Below are positions 36,288 to 49,717 of a stretch of 64,000 bases of DNA, piece by piece. Source of the stretch: Squalus acanthias (taxonomy: Eukaryota). Numbering within the stretch: position 1 is the first letter of the stretch; each line of letters starts with the position of its first letter. The notes beneath the pieces are model-generated. The model made no database searches, was not told the origin of the DNA, and saw only the letters and a program-made list of their open reading frames with translations. The translations under genes and the position numbers were made by a program. The stretch spans positions 148,554,001 through 148,618,000 of the forward strand of contig CM059432.1 of NCBI GenBank assembly GCA_030390025.1, written 5' to 3'.

Positions 36288-37103
36288 TAGGCTGACCATA
36301 CCTCCCAGTTTTCCCGGGACAGTCCCCGGATTTGGTACTGCGTCCCCGGGCAAACAACGTCCCCGGCTCAGGAAACTTGTCCCCGAATGGAGCCACATTC
36401 ATTGGTCCGCTGATCGGCAGGAGTTGGATTTTAACTTTATTTTTGGATAATCTGGAAAAATTTGATCTTCGTTTTTTTTTTAAAACACGAATGTACAGAA
36501 ACCCCGGGGGAGCTTCCTGTCCCGTTCGCGCTCGGTTTGAGCTCACGAACGGATTCCAGGAGCCAGCTGAATGGAGGCAACGATGTCAGCCCCGCCTTCC
36601 TACAATGCATCGGGGCAGAGAAGAGGCCTCATTGTTAGCTCGGGCCGCACTGCACACTGGGGGAATTGAGTCACCTGACGCCGTGTTTCGGCCAATAGTG
36701 ACTGGCCGGAGGGCGGAACCTTTAAAATGCGCGGGAGAAACCAAGGGAGAGCTGGTGGGTGAGTGGATTTACTTTACCTCAGAGATCAGTATGGTGCATT
36801 GTGTTTTCTTTACTGAATAAGGCAAGCTCTACATTCTCCCACCGGGAAGAGGTTTCTAAAACCTTCTGAGACAGAGGGTGTTTCACACCTTATAGGGAAA
36901 ATCTCAGTTTGTTTGGAACAGATTTAAAATTGAGAAATTAAATGTTAGGGTATTTGGGGACGAGCCCTATTGCCAGAACACACGCAAGACTCAAGATTCG
37001 GTGAAAAGTGAAAATGGAGTTGTCTCTACACGTATTCCACTAGCAGAAGCAACAAAGTCGTCATGCTGGTTTTCTTGCAACGCGTCCTGGCTACTTTGCT
37101 GTG

Positions 37104-37153
<50 letters not shown>
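36288..37153. mobile_element. hAT-Blackjack (MER94-like) non-autonomous DNA transposon
   Basis: TIR tagg(c/g)tgaccata; 5' end ...ttttcccgggacagtccc resembles recalled MER94; 8-bp TSD not recognisable. Confidence 0.65.
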
Positions 37154-37154
<1 letters not shown>

Positions 37155-37366
37155 AGCTTCACTTTGCTGGCTTGCACAAGCCTTCCAAGCCAGCAAGGAA
37201 AGTCCAGCAGCCAGAAATGAGAGTCGTAATATTGGCTTTGAAACCACTGTGCAAGTTGCATTTGTGTTGCCACTGGTGGAGTGTAACTGGTCCACGGTAT
37301 AAATAGGCAGATCTCACTGCAATGGGAGCCAAGATAGGTAGAACAACTTCAATTACAAGCAGCTCC

Positions 37367-37732
37367 ATATAGGAACATAGAAACAGGAGGAGGCCACTGA
37401 GCCCCTCGAGCCTGTTCCGCCATTCAATGAGATCATGGCTGATCTGTGACCTAACTCCATATACCCGCCTTTGGCCCATATCCCTTAATACCTTTGTCTA
37501 ACAAATATCTATCAATCTCTGATTTAAAATTAACAATTGATCTAGCATCAATTGCCATTTGCGGAAGAGAGTTCCAAACTTCTACCACCCTTTGTGTGTA
37601 GAAGTGTTTCCTAATTTCACTCCTGAAAGGCCTGGCTCTAATTTTTAGACTATGCTCCCTAGTCCTAGAATCCCCCACCAGCGGAAATAGTTTCTCTCTA
37701 TCTACCCTATCAGTTCCCCTTAATATCTTATA
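37367..37732 (-). mobile_element. CR1 3' fragment
   Basis: ORF 37451-37771 C-terminus plus tail. Confidence 0.88.
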
Positions 37733-37893
37733 ATTTAAAGTGCCCATTAAACACAAATTCCCAATCCACATGTCTGTTATTTTTGCTGTTGATAGCTGGA
37801 TAGCTTTAGCTGTGAATTAGCACGGGCTGGTACTTATGTGCAGCAAAAAGATTATTCACCGATCAGAAATAATTTGCTGAATTTAGACACTCT

Positions 37894-38427
37894 GGGCTGG
37901 ATTTTCAATGACCCGTGGAGTCGGGTTTGGAGGCGTGTGGGGGGTTAAAGTTGAAGATTCGGGGGTCCTGACCCCATCCCGCCTCCACCTAATTTTGACA
38001 AAATCGGTCGTGGGGTTCCCGACTCCGTCCCGCCTCCAAGAGGCGGGAGAGGCCATTAAAGCCCTTAACAAGCTCTAAATTGGCTCTGTAATGCCATTTT
38101 GAAACGTTTTAGCTAGTTTAACTCTTTTCCGTCGTGAAGTATACTCTCTCTCTCTCTGAGTTGCTGCTCATTTTGCATCCAGGTCCTCTCACAGCAAAGG
38201 CCAGGCAATCTCTGAGACCAGGCAGTGTCTGACCTGCAATGATGACATCATCAGAGGCGACTTTCAGACTGAAAACACTAATTGGTTCATGGGTTCCCAC
38301 ATGCTGGAACTCAACTGCCCAATTAAGTGAAAATTGCATCAATCTCCCACATCCAATTGCAGGCGGGTGGATAACACAAAATGCGGATGACACGACCCCA
38401 ACCCGCCCCAGTATCAAAATCCAGCCC
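37894..38427. mobile_element. Harbinger-type MITE (gggctggatttt family)
   Basis: TIR gggctggatttt / aaaatccagccc; TCT TSD; sister of 46621-47236. Confidence 0.9.
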
Positions 38428-39506
38428 TCTAAGATGGGTAGCTCACAAGAGGAATCCATTAGTCACTAGCTCAGGCTTCAATATATCTCACTAGTCAGAT
38501 TCTGCTAGTCTATAAAAATTAACAAACCTTGAGCTGAACTGAAGCAGTCCATTGTAAAAGGTGATGTGTACTTTGGTAACCAGGTAGTTTTAGTGGTGGA
38601 ACATTGGACTCCAAAATCCAAGGGGTCGGAATATCTGCCTTCACTGTGACGAGTTCTCAGGCAGGGTGTAGTTGGATATTCATTACAAAGAAAGGGCATC
38701 TAATCTAAGGACCAGTCATGCCACAAAGAAGCACACTTCCTGTTATTTGATTGAGGTATTATACTCATGACCGATTTGGAGAGATTGATGGCTGAGAGTT
38801 CATATTGTGATAGTGGGTGGGGAAGATGACATGGGCACCTGCAGGGCAAGTTTAATCATATTTATTTTCCATACATAACACTGCCTAAAACTGGATAATG
38901 ACCCTCCCACAGGTTTTGGGTTGTCGTGGTTCTGTCAAAATTAAAGCTTTACTCCTAACCTCCCAGCCTTTCAATGTTTTACCTGAGTCTCCATGGTATT
39001 TCAATCCTTCCTCCAGTTGTTCAGTACTGAACTAAAAATCCCTAGGATGTGAAATTTGTGCCAACAGTCCAAATATAAACACAGGACTAGGCGATCCAAT
39101 GGTGCTGACTGGCCTGTGTTGCAGCCAAATATTTCCCTGTAGTGCTATAAATTGTGAACCACTGGTGCAATTAATCGAGAATAAAAAAGGCCTCCAAGTA
39201 CAACACTAGTTTTGACCAAAGCCCTACTGACCTCCTCATTCTCTCAATAATTCTAAGACGGAAGCTGAGGCCATCAGCATTTTCCTTTGGAAACACACTG
39301 GCAGGAACAGCCGTGGCCAGCACAGAATTGACTGTGGCCAGCACAGAATTGTCTGTGGCCTGCAATGACCTGTGTTGGGCTTCTGTGTGGGTTTCAAAAC
39401 TTTAATTGTTAGCATGCCGGCAAATAAGTTTCTCGATTCAGAAGTGCTATTCTAGGGTGTGGAGGGAGGCTGCAAACAAGTTTATATACCCATCAGTCAC
39501 CCCTTG

Positions 39507-39980
39507 TGTGTCAGCCAGTGAGCTCAGTGGGTAGCACTCTCTCGTCTCTGAGTCAGAAGGTTGTGGGTTCAAGTCCCACTCCAGAGACTTGAGCACAAAA
39601 ACCTGAGCTGACACTGCTGTGCAGTACTGAGGGAGTGCTGCACTGTCGGAGGTGCCGTCTTTCGGATGAGATGTTAAACCGAGGCCCCGTCTGCTCTCTC
39701 TCAGGTGGACGTTAAAGAACCAATGGTACTAGTTTGAGGAAGAACAGGGGAGTTCTCCCCGGTGTCCTGGGGCCAATATTTATCCCTCAATCAACATCAC
39801 TAAAACAGATTATCTGGTCATTATCACATTGCTGTTTATGGGAGCTTGCTGAGCGCAAATTGGCTGCCGCGTTTCCTACATTGCAACAGTGACTGCACTT
39901 CAAAATTACTGTAAAGCGCTTTGAGACGTCCGGTGGTCGTGAAAGGCGCTATATAAATGTAAGTCTTTCTTTTTTCTTTC
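39507..39980 (+). mobile_element. Full-length tRNA-derived Deu-domain SINE (SacSINE1-like)
   Basis: A box agctcagtggg, B box ggttcaagtcc, Deu core gagggagtgctgcactgtcggaggtgccgtctttcggatgag, L2-like tail. Confidence 0.85.
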
Positions 39981-40006
39981 TTCACATTTGATGTGGAAAA
40001 ACACAT

Positions 40007-40785
40007 GGGGGCAGAATTTGCAGTTGGTATGACGGCGTACTCTGAGAGTACGGCGTCATACTGCCTTTGAAATTGACCGCACGTTCATACGCATACGCTA
40101 AATTATTGCACACACGCTAAATCCCGAATTTGCGTTCTGTCAAGTTCTGATTTGGCAGATCATCCGCTGTGACTGTGAAATCCTCATTGCTGGCGCAGCA
40201 TTGGGATAATTGCCCACCAACTGCCCAGCAATTACGCAGGAAAATTTTATGGCTGGTGCAAACAGGCACAGGAGCCTGTTTGCACAGCGTAAGGAGTGGG
40301 GGGTAGTTGTCCATACTGTTTTAGTATTCATCATAGCTTTATACTGCCATACAAACACTGCCATTACTTTGTATTGTTCTCTCCCTGCTGTCCATTACTC
40401 TGATTATGAATTATTCCCAGCCACCAGACTTTTTGCAAAAAACATTCCTTGTCAGTTTGGCTTGATTGTTATAATGATTATTATTATTTACAGTGGGAGT
40501 GATAAGTCATCAATTCAAATCAATATTCATACCGTTTAATTTAAAATTTGATTGATGTCGGGCATCGGAGATTTGTGTTTCCTGATTGGCGCAACGCCCC
40601 ACGTGATCCCAGGTACGCTTAAGCACACGGTGCGCCCCTGGGATCTGTGGGCCACTACGCTGTACTCAACTCCGCAGCGAAACAACACAAGTTTTCAAAG
40701 GTGGCCTCGCACCAGGTAAATGCGGACTTATTTCAGAGGTCGGCAGCGTACTCATTAGTTACGCCTCCGACCGCAATTTCAGGGC
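40007..40785. mobile_element. Harbinger-type MITE
   Basis: Imperfect TIR ggggcagaatttgcagttgg / ccgaccgcaatttcagggc; CAT/TAT flanks. Confidence 0.55.
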
Positions 40786-40827
40786 TATCAAAGTTTGCAA
40801 CCATGTTTATTTTACTTCTTTACCATT

Positions 40828-41439
40828 TAAGAACATAAGAAATAGGAGCAGGAGTCGGCCATACGGCCCCTCGAGCCTGCTCCGCCATACGGCCCCTCGA
40901 GCCTGCTCCACCACACGGCCCTTCGAGCCTGCTCCGTCACACGGCCCCTCGAGCCCGCTCCGCCATACGGCCCCTCGAGCCTGCTCCGCCATTCAATAAG
41001 ATCATGGCTGATCATCGACCTCAACTCCACTTTCCCGCCCGATCTCCATATCCCTTGATTCCCCTAGAGTCCAAAAATCTATCGATCTCAGCCTTGAATA
41101 TACTCAAAGACTCAGCATCCACAGCCCTCTGGGGCAGAGAATTCCAAAGATTCACAACCCTCAGTGAAGAAATTCCTCCTCATCTCGGTCTTAAATGGCC
41201 GACCCCTTATCCTGAGACTATGCCCCTAGTTCTAGACACTCCAGCCAGGGGAAACAACCTCTCAGCATCTACCCTGTCAATCCCCCTCAGAATCTTGTAT
41301 GTTTCAATGAGTCATTGTCTGCCATTAATTTATTTCATGGCTGATCATCGACCTCAACTCCACTTTCCCGCCCAATCTCCATATCCCTCGAGTCCAAAAA
41401 TCTATCGATCTCAGCCTTGAATATAATCAAAGACTCAGC
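40828..41439 (-). mobile_element. Rearranged CR1 3' fragment
   Basis: Copy of 32066-32472 with amplified tail and partial second copy. Confidence 0.88.
40859..40988. repeat. 5 x 26-bp tandem repeat within the CR1 tail
   Basis: Unit ccatacggcccctcgagcctgctccg. Confidence 0.92.
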
Positions 41440-42935
41440 TGGGGTCCCTTCCCTGGCACCCATTCCCAACTTATAATGGGACCACACTAACTATCACAAC
41501 TTAGCTGCACTCCAGTCCCCTGTGAACAATGCCATGGTTAGTCGCCTAGTAACATATTAAGGTTACATTATGGTCAAATTAAAGTTACATTTCTATTTAA
41601 ATTTGTGTCACAGCATTTATCTTAGTAGCTTAAGGTCAACTTTGCATTAATGAATGACTCCCGAGGCTGAATTTTGCTCCGCTATCCTGTTGGAGCCTGC
41701 CGTCTGTAAATGTCACGAGGAGAGGGCACAGCCCAGCCTCCCACCCTATTTCCCATGGCCACTGAGATCCCCTGGAACCCGTTTTGATCTGAGGAGTTCA
41801 CATGACTTCTAGTGAGAGGGAACACTGAGGGTCCTGGAGCATTGTTGCGTCATGACTGTTTGGGTCAGGTTCCATGGACCAGTTGGTCTTTTCCTGTCTC
41901 TATTATCACTGCTCCTGGAAATGCCCTGGTGGTGGTAAACCCAGGGTCATGACAGTAATAACCTGAGCGTGCAACAGGAAGGGGGAGGGCCTCGAAGAGG
42001 CCTCGCCTCCTTCGAATTTGAGCTCCCCCTCATTTACCCTTGGCCTCTACTGTAACCTATGCGACTGTAGCTCCTTCAGTCTTTGGGGCTTTTCTGCCCC
42101 TTTAAGGTCCCTCATCACCTCTTATGGTGCTACAGGGGCATCACTGAAGTAGCACTGGCGGGCTCTCTGTTGGTGGTAGGAATCTCACTGGGAGCCACCG
42201 TGCACGGGGAATGAACCTCAACCCAGGATAATAAGTCGGGGTTGGAGGCATGTGAGAGGGGGCCGGGGGACGGGCGGGGCGGGGGGAAGGAGCGGGATGT
42301 CCCACACCACCAGAAGAACACTTCCACTGGGAGGAAAATCCAATCCCTGATGTTTTGAGTCTTATCACTGTAATATTTTGTGTCAACTATATGTTTGTAC
42401 TGTATTATTTTCAGTATCGGAGTGCACCTTTCCTGATTTGTGCACCAGCCAGCAGGCGACAGGTACTGTTGCTCTTTAAAATCAAACTCTGGACACATGG
42501 GCTACATTTGCCGCCAAGCTAGGGAAAAAATGATGCAACGGCATTAAAGCTGGGAGCTGCCGCACAGAGTCAAGACACACAGAAACTGAATTGGAAGACC
42601 AATCTTGAGGGTTAATAACAATCAGCCCAAAAACACCATTTAACATCTGCACACACAATGACTTCACGGCTGAACTCACCAGGCTTCACAGATATTTCTG
42701 AGATGCAAACTGATCTCATGTCCTTCAGAGAAGGGAACCTGCCACCCCAACAGGGTATGGACTACGTCTTACTCCAGTGCCACACTGCATGGTTGATGCC
42801 CTTAATGCCCTCTGAAGAGGCCGAGCGAGTCACTTGGTTGTGAAAACAATCACTTGGTTCAAGAACAAAGCCCTTCAGAGCAACTAAAGATGGGCAATAA
42901 ATGTGGCATCTTCCCACATTCCAAGAACAAATCAG

Positions 42936-43480
42936 AGAATCATACAAAAGGAGGCCATTTGGCCCACTGTGCCTGTGCTGATTCTTTGTTAGAGCTCTCC
43001 AATTAGTCCTATTCCCCTTTCTCTTTCTCTTTCCCCATAGCCCTGCAAATTGTTCCCTTTCAAGTATTTATCCAATACCCTTTTGAAAGTTACTATTGAA
43101 TGTGCTTCCACCATCCTTTCAGACAGTGCATTCCAGATCATCATAACTCGCTGAGTTAAAAGAATACTCCTCATCTCCCCTCTTGTTCTCTTACCAACTA
43201 TCTTAAAAATGTGTCCTCTGGTTACCAACCCTACCACCAGTGGAAACAGTTTCTCCTTCGTTATTCTATCAAATCACTTCATAATTTTTAACACCTCCAT
43301 TGAATCTCCCCTTAACCTTCTCTGCTCTAAGGAGATCAATGCCAACTTCTCCAGTCTCTCCACATAACTGAAGTCCCTCATCCCTCCAAAGCCTTGACGT
43401 CCTTCCTGAATTGCGGGGCCCAGTATTGGACAGAATACTCCAGCTGAGCCCTAACCTGTGATTTACAACGGTTCGGCATA
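42936..43480 (-). mobile_element. CR1 3' fragment
   Basis: ORF 42989-43237, tail agaatcataca. Confidence 0.85.
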
Positions 43481-46400
43481 ATGAAATTATACCGGTTAAA
43501 TATATAGGCAGCTCGACCAGTACAAGAGAAGAGCACCAAAGGTTGTAATTACAGAAAGTAAAGAATAATATTTCAAAAATAGATTCAGATTCCAATGAGC
43601 CGCACTGTTGGGTTTCAATTACCCTCAAGAACATTTCTATTCTTCGCAGGTCTTGTGCTGCCACTTAGAAATATGCAAAATCACTCTCCTAATAATCCAA
43701 TTTGTGAAGGGCAAAGAAGGAAATCTTCCTTTTTACTACAATGTGAAGAGTGCAACAAAAGTATTAAGGCCACAAAAATAAAGTTGGATTTCTGCCTTGG
43801 GTATGGAGCGTTTTGATTTGGAAAATAACCTTCTGAGGTTCTGATTTTCATTGCAGATTCTTGAATCTGTTTTTATTGAGACATGGTATATTTGTACAAG
43901 GCTCTTTTTTTGCTCTTATTGCTACAGTATTTTAGGAACCCTGTGAAGGAGCTGAACAGGATGGAACTGAGACGGAGAATAAACCATCAGCCTCCCCACA
44001 GTATTTTTCCAAAATTCATTTTGAAATTCAGAAAGCTGAGATGATACCAATTACCACATGAAAAGAATCAGTGCTAAATACTTTGACAACTTGGTTTTTA
44101 AATACAGTAATCAAAACCAAATAATTAGACTCTCACATATTAGATGGTGGCCAATTTCCATTCTCCCAAATAAAATGTTTTTACTGTCATGCAGCCAAAG
44201 TTTAATTTATTCAAGTGGTAAATCCAGGAAGGAGATTGAAATCTCTGTTCAAACAGTATCAAAATATTGGATTCAAAAAACTTGGATTCTCAAGCTTTAT
44301 CAGAGTCTACATAGTCAGTTCAAATTATATTAATACCATTCAACCTATGTTCAACATCAAACGCTAACTGGTAAATGACTCCAAATCACAGTTAGATTAG
44401 GAAATACATTCAAAATTCAGAGTAAATGTAAAGAATACCCCAGTTATGCCTTGGCGTGGAGCAAATATTCTCTGTGCTATGTGCTGACTCGTGCAGTGTT
44501 TAAGAGATTTTACCATTGCATGGAGTTGACCAAAACAAAGCTATAAACTGAGAACCAGCAGATCTCCTCGTTCCCAGTATCAACTGCACCACAAGATAAA
44601 CGCAACGGATCTTGACTGTTCTCAACAGAACTCATGGCTGTGTGTGATCTACGTGTGTGACCACGTCAACCCTAAAACTAATTAGTGTTCCTTTGTTTCC
44701 GAACTATGGACCCAGTTTCTGCTTCCAAGGCCTCAGTTACAGATATCTACAATTGATCTCATCACTGGTTCCCAGTCATGGCCAAACTTACTCACTAATT
44801 CCCATACGGAGCCAATACCAGTGTCAGGCTCTTGGTCATGCCCAGTCCAAATTTCTGGCAAGGCCTGCACAGGACAGCTGACGATTCTTTCTTTGACGCC
44901 CCCCTCCACCAACCCGTGACCTCCCAGGGCCGACCAGTCAGCCCTGCGTTTAACGTTCAAGAAGAGCAAGTGGTGGGACATATGGAGGAGGCCATATTTC
45001 TCATATATACGCAGGCTCATTTTAGGCCGCTGTGTACAACCACTGGGATCGGGGGGGGTGGCGGTGACGGTAGGGACACAGCAGAGTGCATCCCCAAGCA
45101 GGTTTCCACCTGCATCTACACCCAGCCCAGATCTGCTAAAAAAAAAACTGACAGGAAATACAGTCTTTAAAATTCTCAATTTAAGCAGAGTTAGGAATAG
45201 GTCATCTGCAAATTATCCACTTATTAAAAATATTACATCAAGATTAAACACACAATGTCAGTAAATGATGGGCTATTATGTAAATTAGGTGTTAGCTCGA
45301 ACTCCTGATTATAAGTGCTTGAGAGTCAGAACGTCTTGAAATTCGTGGGAATTCACTTCTGGAAAAACCCAAAAGCCTAACCAAGGTAGAGCAGAGTTTG
45401 TTTCATTCTTTCTTCACAAATTGAGTTTTCTGTTTTTATTCAAACTGACCAAGTGCTGTGGATTGTTTACTTGCAGAAACATTCACTTGTAAAATAATCG
45501 AGCATCCAGATTATACACTGTGCAAAGGGTTGCTCCCATTTTATTACTGCGCACTTCATACAGGCTTGTTCCTCGCAGTAAGGGTGAACATTGAATGGGT
45601 GGGGATTCTTACACCTCCATTTATGAAAAGGGGAACAGACTAGCAGAAATGCAGAACTTATTGGCAGTGCGCGTCTGTACAGAACGAGAGAAAAGGGGAA
45701 GAAGGAATGCAAGAATGAGCTTGTATTTATATCATGCCTTTCACATTCTCATAAGAGCGTAAGAAATAGGAGCAGGAGTAGGCCATTGGGCCCTTCGAGC
45801 CTGCTCCGCCATTCAGTAAGATCATGGCTGATCTTCTACCTCAAATCCATGTTCCCACACTATCCCCATATCCCTTGATTCCCTTAATATCCAAAAATCT
45901 ATCGATCTCTGTCTTGAATATACTCAACGACTGAGCCTCCACAGACCTCTGGGGTAGAGAATTCCAAAGATTCACAACCCTTTGAGTGAAGAAATTTCTC
46001 CTCATCTCAGTCCTAAATGGCCGACCCCTTATTCTGAGACTGTGACCCCTGGTTCTAGACTCTCCAGTCAAAGGAAATATCCTCCCAGCATCTACCCTGT
46101 CAAGACCTGTAAGAATTTTATGTTTCAATGAGATCACCTCTCATTCTTCTAAACCCTAAGGAATATAGGCCTAGTCTACTCAATCTCTCCTCATCGGACA
46201 ATGCCAGGAATCAGTCTAGTGAACCTTTGCTGCACTCTCTACACGGCAAGTATATCCTTCCTTAGGTAAAGGGACCAAAACTGTACACAGTACTCCAGGT
46301 GTGGTCTCACCAAGGCCCTATATAATTGTAGGAAGATTTCTTTACTCTTATACTCCAATCACTTTGTAATAATGACTAACATACTACTTGCTTTCCTAAT

Positions 46401-46620
46401 TGCTTGCTGTACCTGCATGTTAACTTTCTGTGATTCGTCTACAAGGACACCCAGGTCCCTCTGAACACCAACATTTCTCAAGCTCTCACCATTTAAAAAA
46501 TATTCTGCTTTTCTATTTTTCCTACCAAAGTGGATAACTTCACATTTCTCCACATTATATTCCATGTGCCATGTTCTTGCCCACTCACTTAACCTGTCTA
46601 TATCCCTTTGCAGACCCTTT

Positions 46621-47236
46621 GGGCTGGATTTTCATTGACCCGTGGAGGTGGGTTTGGAGGCGTGTGGGGGGTTAAAATTGCGAAAACTGGCGGGCGGGCA
46701 CACGTCCGCCTCCATCCCGCCTCCACGCAATTTTCATGAAATCGTGTCTGCTGGTCCCGACTCCGTCCCGCCTCTAAGAGACGGGATAGGCTGTTAAGGC
46801 CCTTAACAAGGACTAAATTGCCTCTATAATGCCATTTTGAAAGGCCTTTGTGATTTTAACCCTTGTTCTACGTGAAGCACGCCTGTTCTGAAACACGATT
46901 GTGAAACCTGGCGGGAGCACATCTCTCTCTCTCTCTGTGGTGGTGTAAAAATATCTGGGAGCAGACTTAGGGCTGCTGCTCATTTTGCATCCAGGTCCTC
47001 TCACAGCAAAGGCCAGGCAGTCTCTGAAGACATTCAATGCAGCAGCAATGATGACATCATCAGAGGCGACTTTCAGACTGAAAACACTAATTGGTTCATG
47101 GGTTCCCACATGCTGGAACTCAATTGCCCAATTAGGTGAAAATTGCATCAATCTCCCACATCCATTTGCAGTCGGGTGGATAACACGAAAAGTGGATGAC
47201 ACGACCCCAACCCGCCCCAGTATCAAAATCCAGCCC
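46621..47236. mobile_element. Harbinger-type MITE (gggctggatttt family)
   Basis: TIR gggctggatttt / aaaatccagccc; TTT TSD. Confidence 0.9.
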
Positions 47237-47533
47237 TTTGTGTCCTCCTCACAGCTTACTTTCCCACCTAACTTTGTATCATCAGCAAACTTGGATACAT
47301 TACACTCGATCCCTTCATCTAAGTCATTGATGTAGATTGTGAATAGCTGAGGCCCAAGCACTGATCCTTGCGGCACCCCACAAGTTACAGCCTGCCAACC
47401 CGAAAATGACCCGTTATTCCTACTTTCTGTTTTCTGTCCGTTAACCAATCCTCAATCCATGCTAATATATCACCCCCAACCCCATGAGCCTTAATTTTGT
47501 GTAACAACCTCTTGTGTGGCACCTTATCGAATG

Positions 47534-48068
47534 CTCCTTATTTAAGGAAGGATATACTTGCATTGGAGGCAGTTCAGAGAAGGTTCACGAGGTTGATTCC
47601 AGAGATGAAGGGGTTGTCTTATGAAGAAAGGTTGAGCAGGTTGGGCCTATACTCATTGGAGTTTAGAAGAATGAGAGGTGATCTTATTGAAACATATAAG
47701 ATTCTGAAGGGGCTTGACAGGGTAGATGCAGAGATGATGTTTCCCCTCGTGGGGGAATCTAGAACTAGGGGGCATAATTTCAGAATAAGGGGGCACCCAT
47801 TTAAAACGGAAATGAGGAGGAATTTCTTCTCTCAGAGGGTTGTGAATCTTTGGAATTTTCTTCCCCAGAGAGCTGTGGAGGCTGGGTCATTGAATATATT
47901 TAAGGTGGAGATAGACAGATTTTTGAATGATAAGGGAGTCAAGGGTTATGGGGAGCGGGCAGGGAAGTGGAGTTGAGGCCAAGATCAGATCAGCCACGAT
48001 CTTATTGAATGGCGGAGCAGGCTTGAGGGGCCAAATGACCTACTCCTGCTCCTACGTCTTATGTTCTT
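47534..48068 (+). mobile_element. CR1 3' fragment nested antisense in CR1
   Basis: ORF to 47976 plus tail; atgct repeated at both junctions. Confidence 0.88.
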
Positions 48069-48589
48069 ATGCTTTTTGAAAATCCAAATACACTACATCC
48101 ACTGGTTCCCCCTCATCTACCCTACTTGTTACAACCTCAAAAAACTCCAACAGATTTGTCACACACGATTTCCCTTTCATAAATACGCGTTGACTCCGCC
48201 CAATCATTTTATGATGTTCTAAGTGCCCTGTTACCACGTCCCGAATAATAGATTCTAGCATTTTCCTTACTACTGATGTCAGGCTAACTGGCCTGTAGTT
48301 CCCTGTTTTCCCTCTCCCTCCTTTTTTGAATAGTGGGGTTACATTTGTTACCTTCCAATCCCTGGGGACCGTTCTAGGATCTAGGGAATTCTGGAACATC
48401 AAAACCAATGCATCCACTATCTCTGTAGCCACCTCTCTTAAAACCCTACAGCATAATCCATCAGGTCCTGGGGATTTGTCGACTTTTAGTCCCATTAATT
48501 TCTCCAGTACTATTCCTTTACTAATACTAATTTCTTTAAGTTCCTCATTCTCGCTACACCCTTAGTTTCCCACTATTACGGCCAATTAA

Positions 48590-48962
48590 TTACTTTTGAA
48601 ATCACTATTTTATGTAGGCCAAAGCAGTCACCAATTTGCACACAACAAGGTCCCACAGACAGCAATGAGATAAATAACCAGAAAATCTCTCTTGGTTGCT
48701 GCTGGTTGAGGAATGAATGGAGGGAAGAAAACCAAGAGAATTCCCTACTCTTTAAATGGTGCCATGTGGTGTTTTACATCCACCTTAACAGGCTGACAAG
48801 GCCTTGATGTAACGTCTCATCCAAAATATGGCACCTCCAACAGTGTAGCACTCCCTCTGTACCTCACTGAGGTATCAGTCTACGTGAGGTGTTAAATTCT
48901 GGAGTGGGGCTTGAAGCTATGAGCTTCTGAGGTGAGAATGCTGCTAACTCAGCCAAACTGAC
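48590..48962 (-). mobile_element. Old Deu-domain SINE
   Basis: Decayed reverse homolog of 39507-39980. Confidence 0.65.
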
Positions 48963-48974
48963 ATTCATGTTATT

Positions 48975-49717
48975 GGCCCAAAAATTAGTGAGGGAGCCTT
49001 CCTGCGGGGGTAAGGCTTCCCCGCGATATCTCACTGCGCGCCGGCTTTTTCATTCCCAGCTCGCACGAACTTGATTTTCTAGACAGCAGCTGTGCAGTGT
49101 GTGCGTATCCCACAGACGCAGTTAATTCGTGCGAGCTGTGGGATCACGTGATTCAGTTAGAGCCAATGGCAGCACACCATCTTTCATTCATAGTTTTGAC
49201 AGCAAGGGCTGTCAAAGCTATGAATCTATACCCCCCCAAAAGAACAGCTAAACCTCAATTAAATTTTTTTTAAAAACCATCACATTAATAAAATAAGTAT
49301 AGTTAAATAAATTAACCACTTTAAACAAAAAATTAAATTTTGAAAAAATTTAAAATCTTTTAAAAAGTTATAAAAATAAACTTACCTTTCTTTAAAGTCT
49401 CTAAAAAAGATATACCTGTTGAAAAAAATTCAAAATAATACTTAATTAACTACTTACCTTGTTAAAAGAGGGTCTTACGCCTCCTTTCTTTATGTGCAAA
49501 ATCTTCCATGCTTACCTGCGCGTCCAAAGCACAAAGTGCACTGCGTGCGCGCAGCCTGTAGCGTGCACGCGGTTCACCTAGGAACCGCCCCCTTTTGAAA
49601 TCACCAAGTGCCGGTTTTCAGCGCATGCGCAGTGCATGCAGAAAACCGGCAATTGGAGACAGAATACGCGAGAGTACACAGTGCGTACTCTCGCATAGAG
49701 GCACTAATTTTTGGGCC
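48975..49717. mobile_element. Harbinger-type MITE
   Basis: Perfect 16-bp TIR ggcccaaaaattagtg; ATT TSD. Confidence 0.88.

Larger units (their letters stand above)
45750..48578 (-). mobile_element. CR1 LINE fragment with two nested insertions
   Basis: ORF pieces 45841-46137, 46359-46565, 47237-47448, 48067-48495 are colinear. Confidence 0.9.

Noticed and set aside
39312..39360. About 2.3 copies of a 21-bp unit
   Set aside because: Ordinary small tandem duplication
39515..39590. tRNA gene
   Set aside because: tRNA-derived SINE head without a full cloverleaf
40859..40988. CRISPR-like array
   Set aside because: Head-to-tail repeats with no spacers, derived from the CR1 tail, in a eukaryote
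44733..45179. 148-aa minus ORF behind a T-rich acceptor in unique sequence
   Set aside because: No recognisable protein in any frame; cannot be supported without expression data
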